Assembly (NCBI GenBank): GCA_963705375.1
Contig: OY970071.1
Span: forward strand, 1-32,000
Direction of reading: 5' to 3'
Source: Candidatus Saccharimonadota bacterium
GTDB lineage: Archaea; Micrarchaeota; Micrarchaeia; Micrarchaeales; Micrarchaeaceae
Length of the DNA stretch: 32,000 nucleotides
The position numbers and the translations under genes were made by a program. Positions within the stretch are counted from its first letter, which is position 1. Each line of letters opens with the position of its first letter. Of this stretch, positions 20,028-28,659 are shown piece by piece. The notes beneath the pieces are model-generated. The model had not been told where the DNA came from. It worked only from the letters and a program-made list of their open reading frames with translations, and ran no database searches.

Positions 20028-21479
20028 TCACTTGCGCCCTTTGGAGCGGTTGCTGAAGATGCGGGGCCATGCGCTTGCTGCGCCTATATTTTTGTAATCA
20101 ACGTACATAGATATCACCATGACCGGAATGAAAAACAAGTAGTATGCTGGAATTCCGTTGAATAGAAACATCAACGGCAGCAACCCGAATAAGGGTATGA
20201 GCTCCTTTACGTTGACTATGTAGAACGTGGCCAATGCTACTATAATCGCGGCAAAAAATACTATGCTTTCTTTTAACAACGGGTACATTTTCAGGATAAG
20301 GTATCCGAATGCAGAATATGATTGAGGCCGCAACTCTCCATTAACTGTGCCCAGCATGCCTTTTGCAAAAGATGAAGGGCTGAGAATTATGAAATAGCCA
20401 TTTATCAAAATGAAAATCATCACGGTGCCAAGCAAATCGTACAGCGCTTTCTTTGTGCCGTAATTTCTCAACACATAAATCAAGATGAGAAGAATCACTA
20501 TCCACGTCTCCTCTTGCAATGACGCAAGAATGCCTAAAACGATCCACAGGTGTCTGCTATCCATTTTGTACAGCGCTATCATAACCAGTGCCAGCATGAG
20601 AAAATCGTTGATTGAAGCAAAACCTGCAAAAGCGAATAACAGAGCGACTATCGCGCCTGCGGGCGGTCTTTCTATGTGCTCTTTTTTCAGCATGTACGCT
20701 GTGGTCACAATCACTATAAACGCAAATAATGCATATATGACATAGAATCCGCCGTATGTGAAATGATATGCGCCTGTGTTGTTGATGAGTGCGAATGGCA
20801 CAAAAATAAGAAAAGACAATGCCGGGTAGCTCAAAGACCCGACAACCGTTCCGTTCGCAGTGTATGTGCGGCCCCGAACCATCTTTGATATGTTGCTGGC
20901 TAGGATGCTGCTGAAATTCATCGTGTAGGGATTAATGCCTCTAACAAAATAATTTGCGGCATTTAACGTAATGAATTCTTCATCATCGAGATGCAATGCT
21001 GGGAGGTTTACTAACCCTGATAAAATGAAAATTACTGGTATCGCTATTGCCGCAAAGTACAATATGCATGCAAACGCTGTCATCCAGTTCCTATGCTCTT
21101 TTTTGACTTTTTGCATCTTCGCGCTTCTTGCCAAAAAGACCAAAAGTATGGTCGGCAGAATCATGAGCCCGCTTGTTATTATGGACTCAATTATGTTCAA
21201 AATTATCTGCATCACTTGTGCGTGTATGTATGTGGTATCAAAAACAGCCGTAATAAGTACCGACGCAACAAACAATGCGAAAAATGCTGAAACGTGACGG
21301 ACCTTTTTTCCCTTATAATTGACAAAATAAACCATTGCGTATGCCACATATGCTGCGGAAACAAGTACATCCAATATTGCTGAAATTTTCGATTTATCTC
21401 CATAAGCAAAAACGAACACGAAAATCATGAATATTAACGATGCAATGGCGAACATCGCTCTTTCTTTATCAATCTTCAT
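20028..21479 (-). CDS. Polytopic integral membrane protein, possibly a GT-C/DUF2029-like glycosyltransferase
   Basis: It has at least 10 hydrophobic segments. The loop LHLDDEEFITLNAANYFVRGINPY resembles the D..(Y/F)......G..pY loop of DUF2029-type enzymes. The ORF extends to 21554, but ATG 21479 (MKIDKERAMF) is preferred. Confidence 0.6.
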   Translation of the reverse strand: MKIDKERAMFAIASLIFMIFVFVFAYGDKSKISAILDVLVSAAYVAYAMVYFVNYKGKKVRHVSAFFALFVASVLITAVFDTTYIHAQVMQIILNIIESIITSGLMILPTILLVFLARSAKMQKVKKEHRNWMTAFACILYFAAIAIPVIFILSGLVNLPALHLDDEEFITLNAANYFVRGINPYTMNFSSILASNISKMVRGRTYTANGTVVGSLSYPALSFLIFVPFALINNTGAYHFTYGGFYVIYALFAFIVIVTTAYMLKKEHIERPPAGAIVALLFAFAGFASINDFLMLALVMIALYKMDSRHLWIVLGILASLQEETWIVILLILIYVLRNYGTKKALYDLLGTVMIFILINGYFIILSPSSFAKGMLGTVNGELRPQSYSAFGYLILKMYPLLKESIVFFAAIIVALATFYIVNVKELIPLFGLLPLMFLFNGIPAYYLFFIPVMVISMYVDYKNIGAASAWPRIFSNRSKGRK

Positions 21480-21646
21480 CACGAATATGTTGCTGATGCT
21501 ATTTATAAATACAGAAGCCGAAATCTGGCAGAAAGGCACGCACTGGCCACACATTGTCGTGTTTCTGCCTATGCAAACACCGGTCGGTGCAGAGTTCCCG
21601 TTCGCAAGTATTAAAGACTTAAACAGTTCCTAAATCTCAGATAAAA

Positions 21647-22846
21647 ATGTCTGCAAAGAGGTTATGGGATAAGGGCTATTCTGTGGACGAGGTCGTGGAG
21701 GAGTTCACTGTTGGAAATGATTATCTCCTGGACATGCAGCTTGTCAAGTACGACTGCATCGCGTCTATTGCGCACGCTAGGATGTTAGGTAAGATAGGTG
21801 TGCTAAAGAAGGGTGAGGTCGATCGTCTGGTGCGCGAGCTGGAGCGCATAATGTCCTTATGGCGTGAAGGCAAGTTCGTGATACGGAAGGGGCAGGAGGA
21901 CGTGCACACAGCGATAGAGAACGAGCTCACTGCGCGACTTGGGGACTTAGGAAAGAAGATACACACCGGGCGTTCGAGGAACGACCAGGTGCTTACTGCG
22001 TTGAGGCTTTGCTACAAGGACAACCTTAATAGCTGCATAGAGCTTGCAGAGCAGTTCATTTTCTCTGTGAAAAAGTTCTCATCAGTTTACGGAAAGATTG
22101 CACTGCCAGGCTATACGCACATGCGCAAGGCGATGCCTTCATCGGTAGGGTTGTGGTCCGGTGCCTTTGTCGATTCCATGGAAGACAACATCTTGCTTCT
22201 AAAAAGCGTGCTGCATCTTGTTGATCAATGCCCTCTGGGCACTGGCGCAGGCTATGGCTCTCCGCTGAAGCTCGACAGGAAGTTCACTGCAAAGGTGCTC
22301 GGGTTCGACCGCATACAGGAAAATCCCATATATGCGCAGATCAGCAGGGGAAAATTCGAGTCGGCGATACTGGACGTTCTTAGTCAGGTTATGTTCGACA
22401 TAAACAAACTTGCCACCGACCTGGCCCTGTTCAGCATGCCGGAATTCGGCTATTACATACTTCCTGACGCCTTCACAACTGGGAGTTCTATGATGCCACA
22501 GAAAAAGAACCCTGACGTGCTAGAGCTGCTTCGCGCAAAGTACCACGTGGTTGTGGCATACGAGACAGAGGTGAAAGGGCTGATATCCAATCTTCCTAGC
22601 GGCTATAACCGCGATTTCCAGCTCACAAAAGAGCCCGTGCTTAGCGGCTTCTTGACTACAGAGCAGTGCCTCAACATAGCACGGCATTTGTTCGAGAACC
22701 TTAAGGTTGACAAAGTCAACTGCAAAAAGGCACTCACCAGCGAAGTGTATGCTACGCAAAAGGTATATGAGCTTGTCAAGAAAGGCGTCCCGTTCCGCGA
22801 CGCCTACAGGACAGTCTCAAAGGAATACGCAGATAAACCAAAGTAA
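21647..22846 (+). CDS. argH: Argininosuccinate lyase, C-terminally short
   Basis: It carries SIAHARMLGKIGVL, EDVHTAIE, KIHTGRSRNDQV, and the fumarate-lyase signature GSSMMPQKKNPDVLE. It ends 10 aa after GVPFRDAYRTV, where full-length ArgH continues for about 50-65 more residues. Confidence 0.85.
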   Translation: MSAKRLWDKGYSVDEVVEEFTVGNDYLLDMQLVKYDCIASIAHARMLGKIGVLKKGEVDRLVRELERIMSLWREGKFVIRKGQEDVHTAIENELTARLGDLGKKIHTGRSRNDQVLTALRLCYKDNLNSCIELAEQFIFSVKKFSSVYGKIALPGYTHMRKAMPSSVGLWSGAFVDSMEDNILLLKSVLHLVDQCPLGTGAGYGSPLKLDRKFTAKVLGFDRIQENPIYAQISRGKFESAILDVLSQVMFDINKLATDLALFSMPEFGYYILPDAFTTGSSMMPQKKNPDVLELLRAKYHVVVAYETEVKGLISNLPSGYNRDFQLTKEPVLSGFLTTEQCLNIARHLFENLKVDKVNCKKALTSEVYATQKVYELVKKGVPFRDAYRTVSKEYADKPK

Positions 22847-22948
22847 ACCCTGGCGCATTCAAACCCATACTCTGCCGAGGCCAGGTCTCGAAATGAATGG
22901 TGGCAGAGAATAAGTCTGGTGCCGATTCAGGCGATGATGCTAAGGCGA

Positions 22949-23803
22949 CTACCAATTCCTGAGAAGCCTCGCCACGTTATCCAACTCATTAAATTGGTGG
23001 CCGTGCCGTATCGCATCTTTCTTGCACTCTTCAACATCTTCTTGCCTACGAAGGCCGCTGCGCACAAGATCTCGAAGCACGCTCACTTTGTGTTCCCACG
23101 CTTCAGGATCTATCGGACATATTTTTATGGCCTCGTCAAACATTGCAAGCGCTTTTTCATACTCTTTGTTGCGTTCAAACATTACGCCAATCTGATGATA
23201 TGCCATGGAAGGAAGGTTCTCTGTGCCTAATTCGTACATTGTTCTAAAAAGATAATGGTCCTCTAATTCCTTCTTTTCATAGACGCAGCCGTCTTTTGTC
23301 ATCCAAGAGGACTCATAAGCCAACGTTTCGTCTGCAACAAGTACATGACCTAGCATGCGAATTATTCCGACATCATTGTCAAAAAGTGCACTCATATAGC
23401 AAGCCGACGTTGTTGCTGGATAACAGGAAAACACGCCAGTCCCTATGGCGTCAGAAAACAGGCCTGCCTCATCGCTACGGCGTGCACCAATATCCTCATA
23501 CATGCCTTCATAAAGTTTGATGAAGAATGTTTTTTTATCTCGCTTTCCTAGCTCTTCTATAATTCTTTTATGATTTTCTTCAGAGTAATCTCCGAATCCG
23601 AGCCATGCTGATATTTTGTCCTTCAATGGCGAAACGTACTCTTGTTCGTATTTCTCCCAGATTTCTTCCTTTTCTGATAAGCGTCCGGTATTGCTTAACT
23701 CTATTGCCAAAAGCGGGTCTATCTGGTCAAAAATGGGGTGCCCCGTCCTGAGCAGAAGCGCATTTTCTTGCCTGTAAAACTCTTTGTGCAGCATCATCCT
23801 CAC
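22949..23803 (-). CDS. Hypothetical protein with a C-terminal TPR-like motif
   Basis: 284-aa ORF. AYHQIGVMFERNKEYEKALAMFDEAIKICPIDPEAW is a recognisable TPR unit. The rest is unrecognised. Confidence 0.55.
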   Translation of the reverse strand: MRMMLHKEFYRQENALLLRTGHPIFDQIDPLLAIELSNTGRLSEKEEIWEKYEQEYVSPLKDKISAWLGFGDYSEENHKRIIEELGKRDKKTFFIKLYEGMYEDIGARRSDEAGLFSDAIGTGVFSCYPATTSACYMSALFDNDVGIIRMLGHVLVADETLAYESSWMTKDGCVYEKKELEDHYLFRTMYELGTENLPSMAYHQIGVMFERNKEYEKALAMFDEAIKICPIDPEAWEHKVSVLRDLVRSGLRRQEDVEECKKDAIRHGHQFNELDNVARLLRNW

Positions 23804-23852
23804 AGTTTATTTCTGCGCCTGTTCGTCTCTATATATCTTTTTGCCGTTGCGC

Positions 23853-24077
23853 TTACCTGATGTAATTTGGCACCTGCTTCTCAAAAACGAAGCGTATCTC
23901 CTTCTTTTTATCGCAGAATTCAACAAATATCTCCGGCCTATCGTACTCTAACATGCCCTTGAGCGCCTTGTATGCCGGCTTCCCGTGGAATGTCGACAGT
24001 GAAGTTATCTTGCCGTGCGAGCACCTGTTCTTCCATACTCCTTGTATCTCCTGATCGTTATGGTCTTTTTTTGTCAT
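23853..24077 (-). CDS. Hypothetical small protein
   Basis: 74-aa ORF, co-oriented with and 49 nt upstream of the TPR gene. An AT-rich promoter-like region lies upstream (24078-24180). Confidence 0.4.
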   Translation of the reverse strand: MTKKDHNDQEIQGVWKNRCSHGKITSLSTFHGKPAYKALKGMLEYDRPEIFVEFCDKKKEIRFVFEKQVPNYIR

Positions 24078-24250
24078 GCTCTCACTCTGCGGGCTAGTTC
24101 GTAGTTATTCATATATTATGTTTTATCTCATATATATTGGTTATGTAATAACTAGTTCTAAATTGACAAAATCTGTGCCATATGTATCAAATTAGCTGCG
24201 TATCGACGTAAAAGGCGTGGCAGATGCTGCGTGTCCGTTCCAAAATAAGA

Positions 24251-24269
24251 ATGCGACCGCCGGGATTTG
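24251..24269 (-). repeat. 19-bp exact copy of the tRNA-Gly 3' end (att-like remnant)
   Basis: ATGCGACCGCCGGGATTTG is identical to 25051-25069, in the same orientation, with start-to-start spacing of exactly 800 bp. Confidence 0.85.
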
Positions 24270-24465
24270 TGCCACATGTGCTCTTCTCTTGTGCTTACTA
24301 TGTGCCTTAGCTATATTCTCCTGATTCTCCAGCTTCGGCCTACTTCTATCTTGTTAGCAAGATATGTTCAACAACCTGATGAGCGCATCCGATTAATTAC
24401 CATATATATTAATCAGTTTTATCATATCCTCAAAGCGCCTGAGAGCACTAGAGGCATCAGAAGCG

Positions 24466-24855
24466 CTAGTCCATCCACTTAATTAAATGTATCTTCATCG
24501 GGTGCTGCACCAGCATATTGTCAAGGCTACGGATGCTTTCATAGGCCCTCTGTGGGCTAATCCCTTTAGCTTCAAGTCTTTCAAGTAACACACTCGCTGG
24601 TATCTTGGTCTCCGTTACAAACTGGCCCATGGCTCCTGCACCACCTGCTTCACAAATACGGTCACGAAATACATTCTTTCTTTTTTCGTAGTCTACGACA
24701 GAGGGTATGGCTTTCTCGGGCTTTCCTATCATTAGGGACTTTACAACTTCATTAACCACCTTTGCTTTGTCCGTGTTTGTATATTTGGCAACGCTATTTA
24801 GTAATGATCTAATGGCTTCTACGCTTGGTTCTCCGACTGTTTTACTATGTTCCAT
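24466..24855 (-). CDS. Hypothetical protein
   Basis: 129-aa ORF. It is the only gene between the two 19-bp repeats. No motif recognised. Confidence 0.5.
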   Translation of the reverse strand: MEHSKTVGEPSVEAIRSLLNSVAKYTNTDKAKVVNEVVKSLMIGKPEKAIPSVVDYEKRKNVFRDRICEAGGAGAMGQFVTETKIPASVLLERLEAKGISPQRAYESIRSLDNMLVQHPMKIHLIKWMD

Positions 24856-25050
24856 CTTATCACTTTCTATTAAATAATCCTATAAAAGCTATTTAGCCTT
24901 ATTGGAGACTATTGGTCCTTTTTTCCATGCAGATCTGAGATCGGCATCGATTTGGCTTCATCCGGGGTGTGCATTCATCGCCTGCATGTGCTCTTTTATG
25001 GCTATCTTGTCTGGAATTTTAGCTAGAAGAAAATATGTACCTGAAACAGG

Positions 25051-25069
25051 ATGCGACCGCCGGGATTTG
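25051..25069 (-). repeat. 19-bp repeat copy inside the tRNA-Gly gene (discriminator, 3' acceptor strand, 3' T-stem, part of the T-loop)
   Basis: It is identical to 24251-24269. Confidence 0.85.
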
Positions 25070-25158
25070 AACCCGGGTCTTGGCCTATCCTTCTGATAAA
25101 ACTCTTTCTAAGAGTTTTGATGGAGGGGCCAAGTCCTACCAGGCTAGACTACGGTCGC
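25052..25158 (-). tRNA. tRNA-Gly(UCC) with a 34-nt intron at the canonical 37/38 position (intron 25087-25120)
   Basis: Hand fold. The acceptor is GCGACCG/CGGTCGC. The D arm is GTCT-AGCCTGGTA-GGAC. The anticodon stem is TGGCC/GGCCA. The variable loop is AGAC. The T arm is CCGGG-TTCAAAT-CCCGG. The discriminator is A and no CCA is encoded. G1-C72, C2-G71, G3-C70, A73, C35 and C36 fit glycine identity. The spliced loop reads CCUCCAA. Confidence 0.8.
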
Positions 25159-25183
25159 AGTGCAGATACTGTATACTTAGAAG

Positions 25184-25190
25184 TTTTATA
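25184..25190 (-). promoter_or_regulatory. TATA box of the tRNA-Gly promoter
   Basis: The minus strand reads TATAAAA at -32 to -26 relative to tRNA position 1 (25158), which is the canonical archaeal spacing. Confidence 0.55.
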
Positions 25191-25286
25191 CATTGCGCTT
25201 GCTAGCCTGTCAGGTGCCGAAGCACAGTCGCAGTGTGCACGCGGCAGATTTTTGAGGCGCAAATCAAAGATTGAAGGGCAGCGGCG

Positions 25287-25538
25287 CTATCCGTCCGCCG
25301 CTATTATTATTGCTGCTGCCCCAACCCTCATCCTGCGCCTTTTTGCCTCTCTCATGGCGTCAACTGCGCACTCGCACATGTGTTGCGCCAGTATCCCTTT
25401 CATAGCAGTGCTGGCTGCCGCATCGTTTTCTTTGGCACCCATCAGCTCCAGTATATCTGAGAGGTCGCTTTTCCGCATTATGTCTGTCGCTTTGGTTCTT
25501 AGTCGCTCCTCTACTATTCTTTCTACCACCCACCTCAC
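25287..25538 (-). CDS. Hypothetical small helical protein (uncertain gene)
   Basis: 83-aa ORF with a GTG start. A TATA-like ttaaatatc lies about 25-35 nt upstream on the minus strand. No family recognised. It overlaps a spurious-looking plus-strand ORF. Confidence 0.3.
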   Translation of the reverse strand: MRWVVERIVEERLRTKATDIMRKSDLSDILELMGAKENDAAASTAMKGILAQHMCECAVDAMREAKRRRMRVGAAAIIIAADG

Positions 25539-25686
25539 CCGTCAATTATTTTGTCGTCCAAGATATTTAAGTGTTTTGGGGAATTATCTAATAATGTATT
25601 AGAAATCTGTGCTAGCTGCGACGTTAGCAGTCGTAGTTAATGCATACGCTATTTAGCGTTATTCCCACTAATATGCTCCTTGGGTT

Positions 25687-26451
25687 ATGCGCATGACGAG
25701 GCTGATTCTCACCATTGACGATGCGCCATCTTCTCGTTTTGCAGAGGTTCTGGACTATCTTGTCAGTAGAGACCTTGGCGCAGTAATCTTCATAAAAGGC
25801 GGCAGCATAGAGGGCCACGAGCAGGAGCTGATCCGGGCGATAAAAGAAGGGTTCGTCATCGGAAATCATTCGTACTCGCACCCACATTTCGATAAAATAG
25901 GCGTGGAAACTGCAAAAAATGAGATAACACGCACAGATAAGATAATACATGACCTGTACCTCTCCGCTGGAGTTAAGAATTACGCAAAATACTTCAGGTT
26001 CCCCTATGGCGTTGGTGGCACTCCCGAGACAGAAAAGGAATACCAGGAAACGCTTGCAAAACTTGGTTATTTGGCGCCGCGTTTTGCACCTAAACGTGAT
26101 TGGTACTGGGATGTTCCTCTACTAGAAGACTGGCACCTTGAAGACTCAGACCTGCAGACCAAGGAAGAAATTGCGCAGCGCTACCTCTCTGACTCTAAGA
26201 AAGGACTAGCGTCCAAGGGTGCTGCGGTCGTAGTTGTTCACGACAAGGAGCCCAACGTGCAGCAAGGCCTGTTCCGGTGGATAATCGAAGAGGCCGAACG
26301 GCAAGGATTCTCTTTTTACAACAGAAATGAGTTGCGCGAAAAGCTCATCCAGGATGCACAACAGTGTAATTCGACAGTCATGCATCATCGCATAATAAGG
26401 AAAGACATGATGCATATGCCTTCAGGTGCAAGGCAAAAAAGCAAGAATTAG
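25687..26451 (+). CDS. Polysaccharide deacetylase (NodB homology / CE4 family)
   Basis: ILTIDDAPS corresponds to the TFDDG motif. GNHSYSHPHF corresponds to the H(S/T)xxH metal motif. FRFPYG is the third motif. No signal peptide is visible. Confidence 0.8.
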   Translation: MRMTRLILTIDDAPSSRFAEVLDYLVSRDLGAVIFIKGGSIEGHEQELIRAIKEGFVIGNHSYSHPHFDKIGVETAKNEITRTDKIIHDLYLSAGVKNYAKYFRFPYGVGGTPETEKEYQETLAKLGYLAPRFAPKRDWYWDVPLLEDWHLEDSDLQTKEEIAQRYLSDSKKGLASKGAAVVVVHDKEPNVQQGLFRWIIEEAERQGFSFYNRNELREKLIQDAQQCNSTVMHHRIIRKDMMHMPSGARQKSKN

Positions 26452-26462
26452 TGCTTAGCCTT

Positions 26463-28316
26463 CTATATCAGCGCGTTCAGCTCGCTCCCGTCTATGCGCA
26501 ACCTGTCCTTGGCCATTATGCGCTCGCGAAGCGCATCCTTGCCTGCCGAACCTCCTATCTCTTTCCTTGCGTGCTCGACAAGTGCTTTCAGTGCGCTTCC
26601 AGTTATCTTATTAAGTGAAAGCGCAGCCACAAGTTTGCCAACGTGCTCGTCCTGCTTTGCCAGCGCAGCGAGAAGCTCGCCGACAGCCTGTTTGGTAATC
26701 ATGTCATTTGCATATGCGTCAAAGAGCTCCAGAAGGCGCTCTTCTTTGATCGTATCGACTGCCATGCCCTGCCTGCGCAGCTCGGTGAACCTCTGCAGCA
26801 GCGTGTTTGCCACAAACTCAGGTTCCGCACTGCTCTTTACGATGATCGTGCGGAATAGCGCAAGCCTTGGCGACATTATGAGCTGCTCTTCCAGATGCTC
26901 GTTCTTGAGCACCGCGTGCAGGCTTTTCTTCTCCTTATCCAAATCTGGTGCCATTCTTTCAGACAACGAAAGCATTTCATTCGTTACAGTGGCTGGCCTC
27001 ACATCCGTTTCCGGGTACATCCTGGATCCAGTAGGCAACGGCCTTAGGAATCTGGTGGTGCACAGCACGCTGTCCCTGACGGTTCTCGTCTCTTTCGGGA
27101 CGCCCTGCAAAGCGTATGCTGCACGACCTGCCGCCAGTTCCATGGCATCCTTGGTGTTCTCTCCTGCTATCATTATGAATGCATCATTTTCTGAAAGTCC
27201 AAGTTCCTGCCTGAGTGCCTTTATCTCGTCGTTTGTGAAGCCGTACTTGTCCATTGATTCGTCACTGTGTATTATCCCGCGCACACCCGCCATCTTCGCG
27301 TAGTCGCTTATCTCAGTGCCAAGGCGCATGTCAGGATTTATCTCGAAACCCAGCATTCCCTTGAAGTTGTGAAGCGCAAGCCCCATGACCGTGCCTTTTC
27401 TGTCTATCTGATCCTTAACGATTTTTGCGCTTGTTCCGCGGAATATGTGCGTGACGTCTGCAGAGCGTCCGACCGCTGCCTTTGCCTTGGCGAGCGCAGA
27501 CCTGATTTCAAGCAGCTTCTGCTGGCGCAGCACCTCGTTTTCTATGAACTTGTCTATTGAATCAAGCTCCTGCAGGCCCTTGATTTCGACACGAGCGCCG
27601 TCCTTTATCGAGACGTTGGTGTCCTGCCTTATCGAGCCTATCCCGCGCTGCGCCTTTCCTGTAAGCCTTAGGAGCGTTCCCAGGTAGAGTGCGACCTCCT
27701 TTGCCATGGCCGGGCTCTCTATTGTCGGAGCAGTGTCTATCTCTATGAGCGGTATGCCGAGCCTGTTGGTGTCATATGTGACGCTGTCCTGTCCTGTTGC
27801 CGCTATGCCGCTTGATTCCTCCTCGATGAAAAGCGACGGCACTTCTGTGGATTTGCCGTTTATTGTGAGCTTACCATCAAGCGCAACCATGACCGTTCTT
27901 TGGAACGCGCTAGGGTCGCTGCCGTCGACCACGTTCTTCCTCATGGGCTGCAGCTCGTCGAGTATGCGCATGCGAAGTGCCTGCGCGAGCGAGAGCGCTA
28001 TCATAAGTGCCTCATTGTTCAGCTGGTGCGGCGGTTCTTCATCGAGATCCACAAGGCAGCTCCCCCTCTCGAATGCGTTGTAAATGAAGCTGCGCTGCCT
28101 TTTTTCCTCGAACTTCGCAGAGACATCGACGCCACCCATCTCCCCTGCGACAGCGCGCTGCCTTCTCATCACCGTAATGCTTGGCTTTTCGTCCTCGTGC
28201 TTCGTGCTGCATGCGCAGAAGAGCTTCTCATCTGTGTCTATGCGCTGGTGTATCTCGAGGCCGCACATGAAGCCTATGCTCTTGTATTTATCGTCATTTG
28301 CCTGCATCCTTACCAC
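26463..28316 (-). CDS. gatE: Glutamyl-tRNA(Gln) amidotransferase subunit E
   Basis: It carries YKSIGFMCGLEIHQRIDT..KLFCAC, IRQDTNVSI, and a C-terminal YqeY-like tail. At 617 aa it has the typical GatE size. An alternative start is ATG 28307. Confidence 0.93.
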   Translation of the reverse strand: MVRMQANDDKYKSIGFMCGLEIHQRIDTDEKLFCACSTKHEDEKPSITVMRRQRAVAGEMGGVDVSAKFEEKRQRSFIYNAFERGSCLVDLDEEPPHQLNNEALMIALSLAQALRMRILDELQPMRKNVVDGSDPSAFQRTVMVALDGKLTINGKSTEVPSLFIEEESSGIAATGQDSVTYDTNRLGIPLIEIDTAPTIESPAMAKEVALYLGTLLRLTGKAQRGIGSIRQDTNVSIKDGARVEIKGLQELDSIDKFIENEVLRQQKLLEIRSALAKAKAAVGRSADVTHIFRGTSAKIVKDQIDRKGTVMGLALHNFKGMLGFEINPDMRLGTEISDYAKMAGVRGIIHSDESMDKYGFTNDEIKALRQELGLSENDAFIMIAGENTKDAMELAAGRAAYALQGVPKETRTVRDSVLCTTRFLRPLPTGSRMYPETDVRPATVTNEMLSLSERMAPDLDKEKKSLHAVLKNEHLEEQLIMSPRLALFRTIIVKSSAEPEFVANTLLQRFTELRRQGMAVDTIKEERLLELFDAYANDMITKQAVGELLAALAKQDEHVGKLVAALSLNKITGSALKALVEHARKEIGGSAGKDALRERIMAKDRLRIDGSELNALI

Positions 28317-28650
28317 TACCTACTGCTAGCATGCGTATTCCCAGCATGGATATCTTGTAGCCTATGCTGGCGAACAGCGCCAGGAATACTGCTGCTATGA
28401 CCGAATTAGCGTAAGCCTCGACCGGCATCTGAGACATCATCGAAGATATCACTGCGCCAATCATCGCGCTCATGAGCGCTGATTGCGTGGTTTTGTTTGA
28501 GACTGTCAGGTTCGCCGGTTTCTGCTGGACCTGGTTGGTGCTTGCATGCATCGCTGTGTTGTAAAGGCCATAAGCCAGATACAGAGTGGCCATCAGGATC
28601 ACGATGCCTGTAGCAAGAAGGCACACGCCGATGATGCTTTTGTAGTCCAT
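28294..28650 (-). CDS. Small membrane protein (about 3 TM segments) between gatD and gatE
   Basis: 118-aa ORF with hydrophobic segments IIGVCLLATGIVILMATLYLAYGLY, ALMSAMIGAVISSMM and VIAAVFLALFASIGYKISMLGI. It starts 9 nt after the gatD stop and overlaps the gatE start by 14-23 nt. Confidence 0.55.
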   Translation of the reverse strand: MDYKSIIGVCLLATGIVILMATLYLAYGLYNTAMHASTNQVQQKPANLTVSNKTTQSALMSAMIGAVISSMMSQMPVEAYANSVIAAVFLALFASIGYKISMLGIRMLAVGSGKDAGK

Positions 28651-28659
28651 GATGATCGC

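Noticed and set aside
24275-24984. 11-bp repeat catgtgctctt (24275-24285 and 24974-24984) near the two 19-bp att-like repeats
   Set aside because: It is short, and its order relative to the 19-mers is inconsistent with either terminal inverted repeats or a tandem duplication unit. It is probably chance.
25051-25602. 183-aa plus-strand ORF (and 24902-25096) running through the tRNA gene
   Set aside because: It reads across the antisense of tRNA-Gly and its promoter. I considered whether it could be a split SSV-type integrase fragment at the att site, but no integrase-like residues or motifs are visible.
26494-28400. Plus-strand ORFs of 269, 125, 166 and 81 aa opposite gatE
   Set aside because: They are shadow frames of a well-supported gatE gene, with Ser-rich antisense composition.
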